A DNA stretch of 63,974 bases. It comes from Rhina ancylostomus (lineage: Eukaryota). The notes below the pieces were generated by a model. The model had not been told where the DNA came from. It did not search any database and saw only the letters and a list, made by a program, of their open reading frames with translations. Position numbers and translations under genes: made by a program. Of this stretch, positions 39,770 to 51,059 are shown piece by piece (within the stretch, counting starts at the first letter, position 1; each line of letters opens with the position of its first letter). The DNA is taken from positions 21,987,467-22,051,440 of the forward strand of contig JARFYF010000060.1 in NCBI GenBank assembly GCA_030265395.1, in the 5' to 3' direction.

Positions 39770-41550
39770 ATGTTTAGGAAATAGATGAGGAGTCCAGCTG
39801 TGCTTAACTTTGTCTTAAAATGTTTAGGAGTAGAGTGTGTAAGGCAGATGAATTGGGAGCATGGATATGTGAAAGAACAATATTTTAGTTATCATGAAAA
39901 TGTGACTTAAAGAAGGGCAATAATGGCAGCTTAATACTCTTGGTTACAGGGTTTTCAGATGGGATAGTGAGAGAAATAAAAGGGTGGCAATATTGATTTA
40001 AAAAAACATTTCCAGTTCTGAAAAGTGGTAATATGTTAGATTATAAAATGAGGCAGCATGTGTTGAACTAAAGAACAAAAAGACCATTACTCTGGGGGTG
40101 TTTTGTAAACCTTCCAACAGTCTGAGGAGGTAGATGGAAGGAGCAGGCAGGTGGTTCAAGTGACCCCCTACACGCTCTCTTACCAGTGTTCATTTTTTAA
40201 TACCGCTGGAAGCAAACATCCTCCTGCAGAGAGCAATCAGAGTCAAGACCGTAGCACCATGGGTTGCTCAGCTGTTTACAAAGTGAAGGGAAAGATCAAG
40301 AGAGTCATAATTTAGGGCATTCTGTAGTTCAAAGAGCAGGCAGGCATACCTGCACTCATTGATGTCATTATCTCCTTGGTGCCAGGATCATAGATATTAC
40401 TGAGTGGTCCCTGAACATTCAGGTTATCGAAGGTAAATAGCCAGAAGTCACAGTCCATATCAGTACCATATCAGTATCATAGGTAGAAAAATGAAGGAAA
40501 GTCCTGCAGACGGATTTCAGACAGTTAGACAAGAGATTAAGCAAGACTTCAAAGGTATTAATCTGTGGATGACTCCCAGTTCCATGCACCTGTGATTAGA
40601 AAGAGGAGCACAGTGCAAATGACAGCATATCTAGAGAGGTAGTACAAGAGGGAGGGCTTTAGTTTACTGGGGCATGGGACTTGTTCTCCTGAAGGTCAGG
40701 GAGATGGATTGCACCTCAGCAGACCCAAGACTAATATTGTCATGGACAGGCTTGCTAGTACAATTTAAAGCACCTGGGGATGGGATGTTAAGCAAAGATT
40801 CGGAAGGAAGAAAAGCACCACTGGAAGTAAAAGGCAGAGAGTTAGCGAAACTTTGGAAGATATAGAAAACAAAGTTTAGAAAATGGACAAGGAGTCCAGC
40901 TGTGCTTAATGTTGTGTCAAAATGCAAGGAGCAGAGAATGGAAGGCAGATGAGTTCAGAGCACAGATAGACCTCTGCAAGTAGATTTTATTTGTTCAGAA
41001 AATATGGCTTAAAAAGCGGTAGTAATAGCAACTTAATACTCTTGGTTACAGGGTTTTCAGATGGGTTCGAGAGAGAAGAATAAAAGAAGAAAGGGTGGCA
41101 ATGCTGATTAAAGAAACATTTACAGCCATGTGGTAGATCATCAAATGAGGCAATATGAACTAAAGAACAAAAAAAGATGGCAATTACCATGTTGGGAGTA
41201 TTCCAATAAACAGTCTGAGGGAGACGGAAAAAAGATTTGTCGCCAAATTTCTGACAAGTGCAAAAGCATTTGAGACAGTAATATTAGCAGACTTCAGTAC
41301 CCTTGTATGAACTGGGATATATAAAGAGGATCAAAATTACATCCTGGAGAATCTTTTAAGTCTGTATGAGGTAAACCCAATAAGAGAGCGTGCAATTCTA
41401 GTTTTAGTTTTGGGGAATGTAGCTAGGCAGATAAAAAGACTAGCAGTGGGACAGCACTTTTGTGGCAATGGTAATTGGTTAGATTTAGCAATTATGGAAA
41501 AGGACAAAGTTAAATTGGAATAAAGAGTTCCAAACTGGCCTAAGGCCAAT
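39770..41550 (+). mobile_element. Decayed CR1 5' region (ORF1 esterase and ORF2 endonuclease remnants) with ~370-bp internal duplication
   Basis: GYRVFRWD..KGGN remnants occur twice. A GDS.VR-like esterase remnant lies at ~40300, and a DF..P..NW remnant at ~41290. Confidence 0.6.
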
Positions 41551-41635
41551 TTTTTTCCAGATTTAAGGAATACATTAGTGGTGTCATGTATAAGTTGGAA
41601 TTTTCTCTTTTTGGGTAACTTTATTTCTCCTGTAG

Positions 41636-41713
41636 GAACTGGAGCAACTGAAAAACAAACACTTGATTGACCTTCAGGGACTGAAAAAGACAGTTGAGGA
41701 AAAGCATCAAGAA
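41636..41713 (+). CDS. CEP164: CEP164 exon ELEQLKNKHLIDLQGLKKTVEEKHQE (phase 0-0)
   Basis: tttctcctgtag acceptor, gtgagt donor. Matches the recalled human ..LEAKHRE segment. Confidence 0.93.
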
Positions 41714-42644
41714 GTGAGTTAACAAAAGAAAAAAATGTGAATTGTTAAAAGTTCAGGAAAAGAAAAATTTCCATTAAAAGAATCCAATTCACAATTTCAA
41801 CTGTAGATGATGGGAGGTTAATTGAATCAGTAAACTTACTTTACACCAGCGAAGATGAATTTCTCCATATGAATCTTTATTTCATCCTAGTCCAAGTTCT
41901 TTAGTACTTGTGGTGTCCTAAGAAGTAAATCCCAGGGTGATCAGATGGAAGGGATCCTATTGTGCATCAAAAATAATGAGTGCAAGAGCTGTTAATATCA
42001 GTATACATCACAGAACTTCACAAGATAATTTCCCTCTATAGCATCACTGCACCTGTCAGTGTGTTTCTTTTATTTTTGCTGAGACTCTTTCTGAAGACCA
42101 ATATTATTGTATGTTCCTTTCCATTCTTGTTTCTTCCCAAGTCACACTCCAGTCCAAGCCAAAAGGGCAACCAATCAATTCTGTCCCTGAACTTCATGGA
42201 AAGTGTGCTAGAGTGATAGAATAACCCACCTTGACCATAGATCATACCCCGTTCCCAAAAGAGAAGACTTTCTGTTCAGCTGGTTCCCAGAATGGCACAG
42301 TTTAAATTAGGGTTACAACTATCAATGCCTCAGGTGCTGTGCATTAATCTACGCTTCATGTCATATGTAATGCAAAATGTACAGTAACAGTACAATACTG
42401 AGGGAGTGCTACATCATTTCAGTCGCCATTTTAAACCAAGACCCTAGCTACCCTCTCAGGTAGATTTTAAAAAATCAATGGTGTTCGCTTACAGGAGAGT
42501 TCAAGAGTTCTTCCTGGTGTTCTGATGATAATCTTTTTAGGTGTTGGTTGAGGATAAATAGTCTATGACCTTGCTGCTTGTAGGACAGCTCTGCTTTTAA
42601 ATTGACTACTGCATTTTCTACCTAACGGCAGTAACTACTGTTAA

Positions 42645-42981
42645 AGTAGACAGCCAGCGCCTCTTTTCCCAGGGCACCAGTGCTCAAGACAAGAGGGCAC
42701 GGCTTTAAGGTTATGGGTGGGAAGTTCAGAGGAGATGTCAGAGGGAGGTTTTCACCCAGAGAGTGGTTGGTGCATGGAATGCGCTGCCTGGGGTGGTGGT
42801 GGTGGTGCAGGCAGATACATTGGGCAGGTTCAAGAGATTGTTGGATAGACATATGGAGGAATGTGGGATAGAGGGATATGTGGGAGGAAAAGGTTAGATA
42901 GTGTGAGGTGTAGTTTGATGGGTGGCACAACATGGTGGGCCAAAGGGCCTGTTTTGTGCTGTATTGTTCTATAGTTCTATG
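42645..42981 (+). mobile_element. CR1 3' end inserted into a SacSINE1-like SINE (42395-42644, 42982-43006)
   Basis: TRGHGFKV..GRF motif and ttctat tail. The SINE tail aaagta|..|gtacttcattggctg is continuous across the insertion. Confidence 0.88.
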
Positions 42982-44467
42982 GTACTTCATTGGCTGTGCA
43001 GTGCTTAAATTGGAAATATGTTGAAATTTATGGTATACTTAACAATGTAGAGGATTGCATCAAAATATAAGCAGGCAGGCTTGTAGCATGGGTGGATAAT
43101 TAGCATTATATTCAGTTTAATTTAATCTAACAGTGTTCTGTTTCTTGTTGGAAGAATAAGGGGACCCACATTCTTTGGAAGCCAAAGAAATTAGGAATAT
43201 TTGATGTCAAAAAGTGTACACTGTACCAGCATTCATTTCAGGAAGAATGTAGTGCAAGCATAGGAGAAAAATCTAAGACTTATGCAGAACCTTCAAACTG
43301 CAGTTGGAATAATGGGTGCAGTTTTGGACTTCATACTATAAAGCAGATATTGATAAATTGCAAAAAAGATTTCCAAACAGGTTAGCAGGATTGGGAGGAT
43401 CCAGAAATATTGAGCACATTGGGATTCTTTAGAAGTGTACGTTTAAACTTATGAAGCAGTTTGATAGGTTGGATGTAGAGAAATTGCTTCTCCTATTGAG
43501 TGTCCTGATCTGGAGGGAAAAAATTCAAGATAAGTTTAACAGACAGAATGTTAAGGAGGAATTTACCCAGTACTGAGCATTTGAAACATGGGGTGGTTGT
43601 CCTAACCACACTAAAGAGGGGCTTGCTGCACACAAGAAGGAGAAGGGAGTACAAGGATATCAAATGTTGTTAGAGTTGGAGGACTTGCACAAATTGTAAA
43701 CACTCACACATTCTGACTAAACAGTTTTTATAGTCTATATTAAATGTAATACCAAATACAGGATTTTCATTGAATATTTTTTATCTTGTGTATTTTATGC
43801 CAAGGAGCATGTCCATTAAAAATAGAATTTTTATTATTACAGTAAATGTTGATGAGTTCAGGGAAATTTGTCTTGGAAAAATACCTGCCATAATACAACA
43901 AAGCTAAGTTAGCATTGAATGTTGGAACAGCAAGGGTGCTTCTGTTTTATCTCCAATGCTCATTCAGCTTGTCCATTCTGCTGAGTACATTCACTTCCCC
44001 ATTTTAGTGCTGTTATTCATTGTTGAATATTGACTTACAAAAAAAAGAGGATCCACAGCAGTGTGTGAAAATAACGATGCAAAGCTGATTAATTATGGTG
44101 GAAATGTTATGGCATTTTTAGCACTGATAATTTACTGAGTGACAGATGAGCAGTATGCCAGTGCCAGCAGCAGATTATCAGTAATGTTTAAATCAGCTCC
44201 TTGATTCTGGCATTTGGAGCCTTTTATTAAATTATGTTTTGTACCCTAAATATTGCTGTTACAGCCAGTGCAAAACCCAAAGGTGATCAGTTTTGGCCCT
44301 CCAAAGGAATAAATGGTGCTTATGGATACATATCTCCATTTGAGTATTGCTTAAAGCAAGAACACCTTACCAAACTGAAGAGCTTTTAGGGTGACTTTAG
44401 AGTTAACCACATAAGTCATTTTGTAAGAGTGCCATTGGAACAATTTGTCTTCAATTCTCCTCCCAAG

Positions 44468-44587
44468 GCACTTTCCTGTCTCCAGAAGCAGATCACTGAT
44501 GCCCACAATCAAGAAAAAGTTCATGTGCAGGAAGATCTCCATAAAGCACAGAGAAAAATACAACAAATTGCAGACTATGAGCGAGAG
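44468..44587 (+). CDS. CEP164: CEP164 exon ALSCLQKQI...IADYERE (phase 0-0)
   Basis: ctcccaag acceptor, GAG|gtgagt donor. Resembles recalled human SSLQKKI...VAGYEHE. An in-frame alternative acceptor would start at 44486. Confidence 0.92.
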
Positions 44588-44638
44588 GTGAGTAACTGTA
44601 CACTCTCCTTGTTCTTATCGAGGGCTGGTAATACCTGA

Positions 44639-44868
44639 GAGAGACAAGAGACTGCAGATGCTGGAATCCAGAGCAAAAGAACAAACTGCTGGAGGAACTC
44701 AACAGGTCAGTCAGCATCTGTGGAGGGAAATGAACAGTTGATGTTTCATGTTGAGACCCTTCATCTGGACTCTAGATGAAGGGTCTTGAGCCAAAACATT
44801 GACTGTTCATTTCCCTCCACAGATGCTGCCTGACTCATCGTTTTCTTCCAGCAGTTTGTTTTTCTGCA
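44639..44868. mobile_element. Fold-back Penelope-derived element with 13-bp TSD
   Basis: ~95-bp inverted arms meeting at cttcatctggactctagatgaag. TSD tggtaatacctga (44626-44638) / tggtaatatctga (44869-44881). Confidence 0.85.
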
Positions 44869-45125
44869 TGGTAATATCTGACTATATTTTCAACATGAAT
44901 TTAAGAAGGAAAATACCTTTCAAAATTCTAGTTTTGTAATAAACAAGTTCCATTTGAGTTCACTATTATGTGATCAATTGGCTGCTGTTGAACTATAATG
45001 TTAAATGTAATGTTTAAATTAATACTGCAGGCTCTGGAATGATATCTAGTGTGTGTTGTGCAGTGGCACATCCATTCCTATTATGCTGGATTTTAAACAT
45101 TAATTAATAAGAATTGGGTCATCTC

Positions 45126-46324
45126 CCCGGGGTTAGTCTTTGCAGACCAATTAGGCTTTATACAGGCCTGTCTCTCAAACTGAATCACTGCACCACTGTA
45201 CTAGTACCCAGCCCTATTTTTATACTATGCNNNNNATTAAAATAGCAATTCGCAGGGTGAAGTAGAATTTTTTTTATACTAGTGAGACGCAAGATCTCAC
45301 TAATCTACACAACATGTTCAGGAAGTAGATCGAATTGTTATCCCCACATTACACAGCTCTGGCACCTATAAGTGTCCTCAGCTCTATACGTCCTTCCTCC
45401 ATCAAATAGAAATATCCCAAATCATTCTCTATTTATGTTGGCCAACAAATTTATTGCAAACTGCCAGATACTCATAGTGTCGAATAGGAAAAACCTAGAG
45501 TAAGCTAATACTTTCACTTTAACTATCAATCCCACCATCCCTACCCACACCAACGGTACATTTTAAAATGGTAGCAATTTTGAACCATTGCTGGGTGCAA
45601 GTTTAATGACCCAGATATCTGGTAGACATTAGATTGCATGACACCCATTTCTCAAAGTGCCTGACTGCATCCTTGAAGGAGAACTGATATGCTATATCAT
45701 AATGAAGTGCTCAAATAAGTTTATGTTAATCCGCCTCCAAGAAACTGGGAGCAGAACAAATGTAGGGCCAACTTGACCTTTGTTTTCCAGGAATAAAATG
45801 GCCCAGCAAGTGCCTGGCATCAAACACCACATAAAATTGTTTCTGTATATCTCATGGAGTGCCACTGGGGACAGAAACAACCAACAGCCACTTCCAACAC
45901 ATGGTAGACTCTTCTCTTTCATCCTCTTTTCCTGCTGCACTTGGGAATTTGCTTAATAGTTTTTGCTAGCAAGGTAGATTGCCTGAAACTAAGAGACATG
46001 AGAGACTGCACATGCAGGGATCCTGAGCAAAAATACAAAAGAAAGCTGGAGGAACTCAGCGAGACAGGTAGCATCTGTGGAGGCAAAGGGACACTTGTAG
46101 GTGCCAGAGCTGTAGTTGTGAGTATAACAGTTCGATTCACTTCCTGAACATGTTGTGTAGATCAATGTCTTACCTCTCAATAGTATAAAACAATTCTTCT
46201 TCACCCTGCGAATTGCTATTTTAGTGTACAGCAGAGCATAAAAATAGGGCTGGGTATGGTGCAGTGGTTCAGTTGAGAGAGAGGCCTGTATAAAGCATAA
46301 CTGGTCTGCAAAACTAGTCCTGGG
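45126..46324. repeat. ~240-bp imperfect inverted repeat pair (45126-45377 / 46089-46324)
   Basis: Direct alignment of the left copy with the reverse complement of the right copy, roughly 85% identical by eye. Confidence 0.93.
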
Positions 46325-47333
46325 TCAATGTTTCAGATTGAGACCCTCATCGGGACTGTGAGTGTAAAGAGGTGAGGGGGAGCGGTGAGGCAGGAGCTGG
46401 CAAGCGATAGGTGAGGAGGGGTTGATACGCAGGTGAAGCCAAGTGGGGGAGGGAGGGGTGGAGATAGCGGCAAAGGCTGAGAGGTGATAAGTGGAGACAA
46501 CAATATGCTGCAAATTATGGAGTCTGATAAGACAGGGTGATGAATGGAGCCAGATAAGGGAGGGATGGTGGACAGATAGGATCAGGAGGGGGAGAAGGTA
46601 GGGGGGCCNNNNNNNNNNNNNNNNNNNNNNNNNNNNNNNNNNNNNNNNNNNNNNNNNNNNNNNNNNNNNNNNNNNNNNNNNNNNNNNNNNNNNNNNNNNN
46701 NNNNNNNNAGATAGGATCAGGAGGGGGAGAAGGTAGGGGGTCCATTGGGTTGTGTGTGTGAATGACAGACAGCCAGTGGTGGGGAAAGAAATTGTATAAC
46801 AGGGGCCGGGGGTGTTGGTGAGGGGTTTGGAAAGAAAAGGATGTGAGAGGACTTGGATGGATCAGAAGGAGAGAGAAAAGAATAGAGGGGTGCAGGTTAC
46901 CTGAAACTGGAGAATTCAATGCTTGTGCCATTGGGTTTAGACTATCCAGGCAGCATATGAGGTTTGGCCTCATCCTGGCAGTGGAGGAGGCCAAAAGCAG
47001 ACAGGTTGATGTGGGAATGGGAGGGGAGTTCAAATGGCATGCATCCAGGAGCTCNNNNNNNNNNCAGGAGCTCCAGATGGCCATTGCAAATAGGGCGCAG
47101 GTGTTCGGCAAAGCAATTGCCTAGTCTTTGCTTTGCCTCACCGATGTAGAAGAGGCCACACTGAGAATGTAATAGATGAGGTTGGAGGTAGTGTGTGCAA
47201 ATCTCTGCCTCACCTGGAAAGGGCTGTTTAGGACCCTTGATGGTGGTGAGGGAGGAGGTGTAGGAAGAGGTGTGGCACCTCTTGCGGTTGTGCAGAAAGC
47301 ACCTGGTGAAGGGGAAGGATGAGCAAACCAGGG
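45992..47333 (-). mobile_element. Penelope-like element remnant with GIY-YIG endonuclease fragment, split by the 46089-46324 insertion
   Basis: FQVRQRF..TSNLIYYI / CGLFYIGEAKQRLGNCFAEHL across a frameshift. Terminal repeat with a hammerhead-like motif at ~46322-46358. Confidence 0.85.
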
Positions 47334-48080
47334 CAATTTATCTACTTCAAACAGGAACTCTAACTAACATAACCATTTTCAATTCTCATCCTCATGCCCA
47401 TCATAAGTCTTTCGGAATAATATATAAAATATATACATGGTTTAGGCATGGCTTCAGATACTCAAGGGCATAAGCTATAAGAGATGCAACATTCTGTTGC
47501 AAAATATATTTGTCCTCATCCCCAATATGACTGCAAATCACAGCAATTTATTCATCAAACTAACTGGATAGAATAGTCTAACCATGAATCTTCTAAATGA
47601 GGGTAAAGGAGGACTGGTTTGCACAGTTCTTCTGCAAAGGCCAGCACGTGCACAGGGAACAGTTGGTCCCCTTCTGTTTTTTTACTATTCCATAAGACTG
47701 ACCAAATGGGATGAAAATTAATATACGTACTTCACCTATTCCAGCTGCTGCCTTTCAAGTATCCAGTCTAATATTTCCAAGACCTAGGCAGATACATTAT
47801 CTTAGTCCCCAAGGTAGGCAAGAAAATGCAAATATGCTGAGCAACTCCAATAGTTTGTCACAATTGAGACTTGATAATGACATTAAAATATGCTGTGGGT
47901 TGCTACATTTTCTTCCCTTATTTAGATCTGCATAGATTTTATTGCTTAATGCAATAGTTTTATTGCTGAAGGTGTTGTCAAACAGAAGTTGCCATAAATC
48001 TTTCTACATTTCATTTCTTTTCAAATAAAAATGTTGATAACTGTTTGATATTTGCTTCTTGCTGTTATTGGTGATCGTAG

Positions 48081-48203
48081 TTAAGTGATTTGCTAAAAGA
48101 AAAGTGTGACGAGGTGGAGAAGGATCACGAGAGGAAACTGGAGCAGAGTAAAGAGGAGCACCAACAAACCATGGACAGAATTAGAGAAGACTATGAAGAA
48201 AAG
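48081..48203 (+). CDS. CEP164: CEP164 exon LSDLLKEK...REDYEEK (phase 0-0)
   Basis: cgtag acceptor, AAG|gtaaga donor. Resembles recalled human [20 protein letters not shown]. Confidence 0.95.
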
Positions 48204-48401
48204 GTAAGAAAACATTCACATCTACCATCCATACTCAGGTCAAATTCCTTTTTAATTCTATGTTTTTAAAATATTTAACGTGCGCAGGATTTGCTGATTA
48301 AATAATTGGATTGACAGCAAGGATCTAACCAGTGTTCAGGATCATAGAAAAGTAAACCATGTTGAGCAAGTGGCCTTAACTCATTCCTTTTTTATTGTGT
48401 A

Positions 48402-48779
48402 CAGGCAGTCCCCTGGTTACCACAGGGTTCCGTCCCTGAGAGCTGTTCATAACCCAAACCGTTTGTAAGTCTGAAATGAACAACAAGTGTGTGGGAGAGG
48501 ATCACAGAAACAGCTTTGATGGGAGAGTGAGCAGGCATGGGAAGAGTGGCCTCCAGCTGGCCTCACTGAGTCAGTGAGTCTGCTCAGTGATCATCTGCGG
48601 GGCTTGACCCAGCCCTCGATTGTTATGATTGGGAGGGGTGGTGGGGAGAGAAGGCACACTGAAATGCCCCATTCCCACCCAGCAGACGATGCCTGCAGCC
48701 CCACAGCTGTGGGCATATCCATCCCCATTCATCCAGATGGTGTCCATTGGTCAAGCATTTGAAATCCAGGGAGGAGCTC
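48402..48779. mobile_element. Tigger/pogo-like (TcMar) non-autonomous DNA element, degraded
   Basis: TA followed by CAGGCAGTCCCCTGGTTAC as a left terminal repeat. The right end is only degenerate. Confidence 0.5.
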
Positions 48780-49124
48780 TATCTCAGTGTCTGTGTTAGA
48801 GTCATAGAGTAATAGGCTCAATTTGTCCATGCTGTCCATGGTGCCCATAGTGCTAGTCCCATTGCCCATACTGGGAGCTTTGGAGAAGACAATTGTGCAT
48901 CAGAAAATAGTTGGGGTTTATGAAGTCTGAGTAAAGATGCTACGAACAGTTGAAGAACAGCCAACAATATTTGATCTAATTTGTCCCAGTTCTCATTTCA
49001 TCTTGCTTAAATCCATTATATTTTCCAACATAAAATTGTAAATAAAGACTTTTGCATTCCAGTGTATATTTCTACATCCATCATTTTGCTTGCCCTGACA
49101 AGTGTGTTCATTCGGATTGTTCAG

Positions 49125-49268
49125 GAGCGACAGCAGAGGAGTAAACTGCTAAAGCAGCTGCAGGAAGAGCATGAACGTCTAACGAAGTTGCATGAGCGAG
49201 AGATTTCAGATCTTCGGCAGGAGCTAGAGCGAAGACTCAATGAGTTGCGAAAGTCGTATGGAAAAAAG
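49125..49268 (+). CDS. CEP164: CEP164 exon ERQQRSKLL...RKSYGKK (phase 0-0)
   Basis: ttgttcag acceptor, AAG|gtaagc donor, 48 codons. Confidence 0.95.
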
Positions 49269-50705
49269 GTAAGCATGAAAGCAGCTAATCTCAGCTTTAC
49301 AAAAGTGCAGATTAAGTATAAGGCAATTTGAACACTTTCCCGAAGGCCAGTCCAATAATACTCTTCTCACTAATTTTGCTACCCACTTAAGGAACCATGT
49401 GAAGAATGATCCAAATGAATAATATTGCCAGATAAAGGATCGCTCATATGTTAAGTCTGTTTCAGGAATTTTTGAAATAGATTGATCAGTAATTTTGCAT
49501 CAAGAGCATTTGGATAGANNNNNNNNNNNNNNNNNNNNNNNNNNNNNNNNNNNNNNNNNNNNNNNNNNNNNNNNNNNNNNNNNATTGCCACATTGCACAT
49601 TTAGTGCATACACCAGAGGTTGAACTTTCATCCCTTAGGGTAATTTCTTTGCAATATGCAATACTGTCCCACAAATATCTTATTAACATCAGGATCACAG
49701 ACAGAAAAATCCTTAAAGGCTGAGTTCTATATCTTTACCAGGAATGCAGAGCCTTGGAGGCAATAGACAACAGTGGGGAAAAGGGTGATCTGCCTGTAGA
49801 TCTTGCCTTACCGCATTTTCCAATCACTGTTCAGAGCATAAATGGAGTATGATAGCTATTGGCATAAGATTAATTAAAATAGAATAGTTATTATATTTGC
49901 TCCTTGCCTACATTTCCATTTGTGTACATGAGATCATTTACGTTGTAATGGATATATTTGGAATTGAGGGGGCAGCCGAGTACAAAGAAATCCTTTTATT
50001 TTGAAGCAAAGTAGAATTGAAACAAAACTGTATTGGAAAATATGGGTGCACTCTGTTCCATGGTTCAGTTGACTTTGGGGAATCTTCAGTTTACCTGTCC
50101 TCAAGCCCTTGCAGCTTTCATGTCTTAAAAAATAAAATCAATAGTTCTAAATTTCTATCAACAGAGGACGTTTTTTGCCTTGCTATACAAACATGCAAAT
50201 TATCAGCAAGAGTAGGCCACCATTGTTGATGCCATTGTCACAGTTCTGGCTTGATTCTTTGGCCTCCTCTGTGCTGCACTTCAGAAGGTTATTACTCTCC
50301 TTAACCATTGCATGGACACATTTTTTCACAGCCCAACAGACCTGGCTTTTTAATGCATTTTCAGGGAGTGGAAGCCTTTTGTGGCATCCTGTTCCCTTGG
50401 ATCTTTTCCACAACTTTTAGAATGTAATTTTTATTTATTCAACACTTTATGTTGTTGTAGATGCAAAGTAAATTCAAACAAAAAGAAATCTATTTGGAGC
50501 TTTAAATTTAGAAATCAATCTTATTGCCCTGAAAAAGGGTTACCTGAATTTTCCAACTTAGAACAGTATCCTAATGACAAAAATTGCAGCTAAACATTGC
50601 AACATTTTCAGAACTCACATTTTTCCTCTAGGCAATAGAAAATAGGTTAGTACTTCAGTTTATTTACACAGGAACCACATTTATGATTTATCAATGCACC
50701 TGCAG

Positions 50706-50789
50706 GAACTGAAAGTTCAGAAGTCTGAGGAGCAGCTGGAGATGAGAAGCAAAGAACTGAAAGCCAAGTGCAATCTGCTGCAAAACCAG
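50706..50789 (+). CDS. CEP164: CEP164 exon ELKVQKSEEQLEMRSKELKAKCNLLQNQ (phase 0-0)
   Basis: cacctgcag acceptor, CAG|gtaggt donor, 28 codons. Confidence 0.93.
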
Positions 50790-51059
50790 GTAGGTGACAC
50801 CTGGGGCTGCATGGTACCGAGTCCAAGAACCAATCCAGTCTCCATGTGACAGGTCCTCTATTTCAAAGCTATAGAATTTATCCTTTGAAAAATACCAAAA
50901 CAAAATCAGTCTTTTTTTCTTTTGAGCTTTAGTCATTATTGGTGTTGCAGTCTTCTGATCTATTAAATGTACCATTACATTTGCAGTGTTATTCTTATTT
51001 TAATAAAAATGTTTGGAAAAATATGTGTTCAGAACTTCTCAAGTCATTACTTCCAGGAA

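Noticed and set aside
46575-47073. Direct repeats flanking N-gaps (agataggatcaggaggggg.. around 46609-46708; caggagctc around 47055-47064; also ccaac around 59226-59325)
   Set aside because: Identical sequence on both sides of a gap is typical of unmerged contig overlaps, so these are likely artefacts.
50672-50705. Upstream alternative acceptor tttacacag
   Set aside because: It gives GAA CCA CAT TTA TGA, an immediate in-frame stop.
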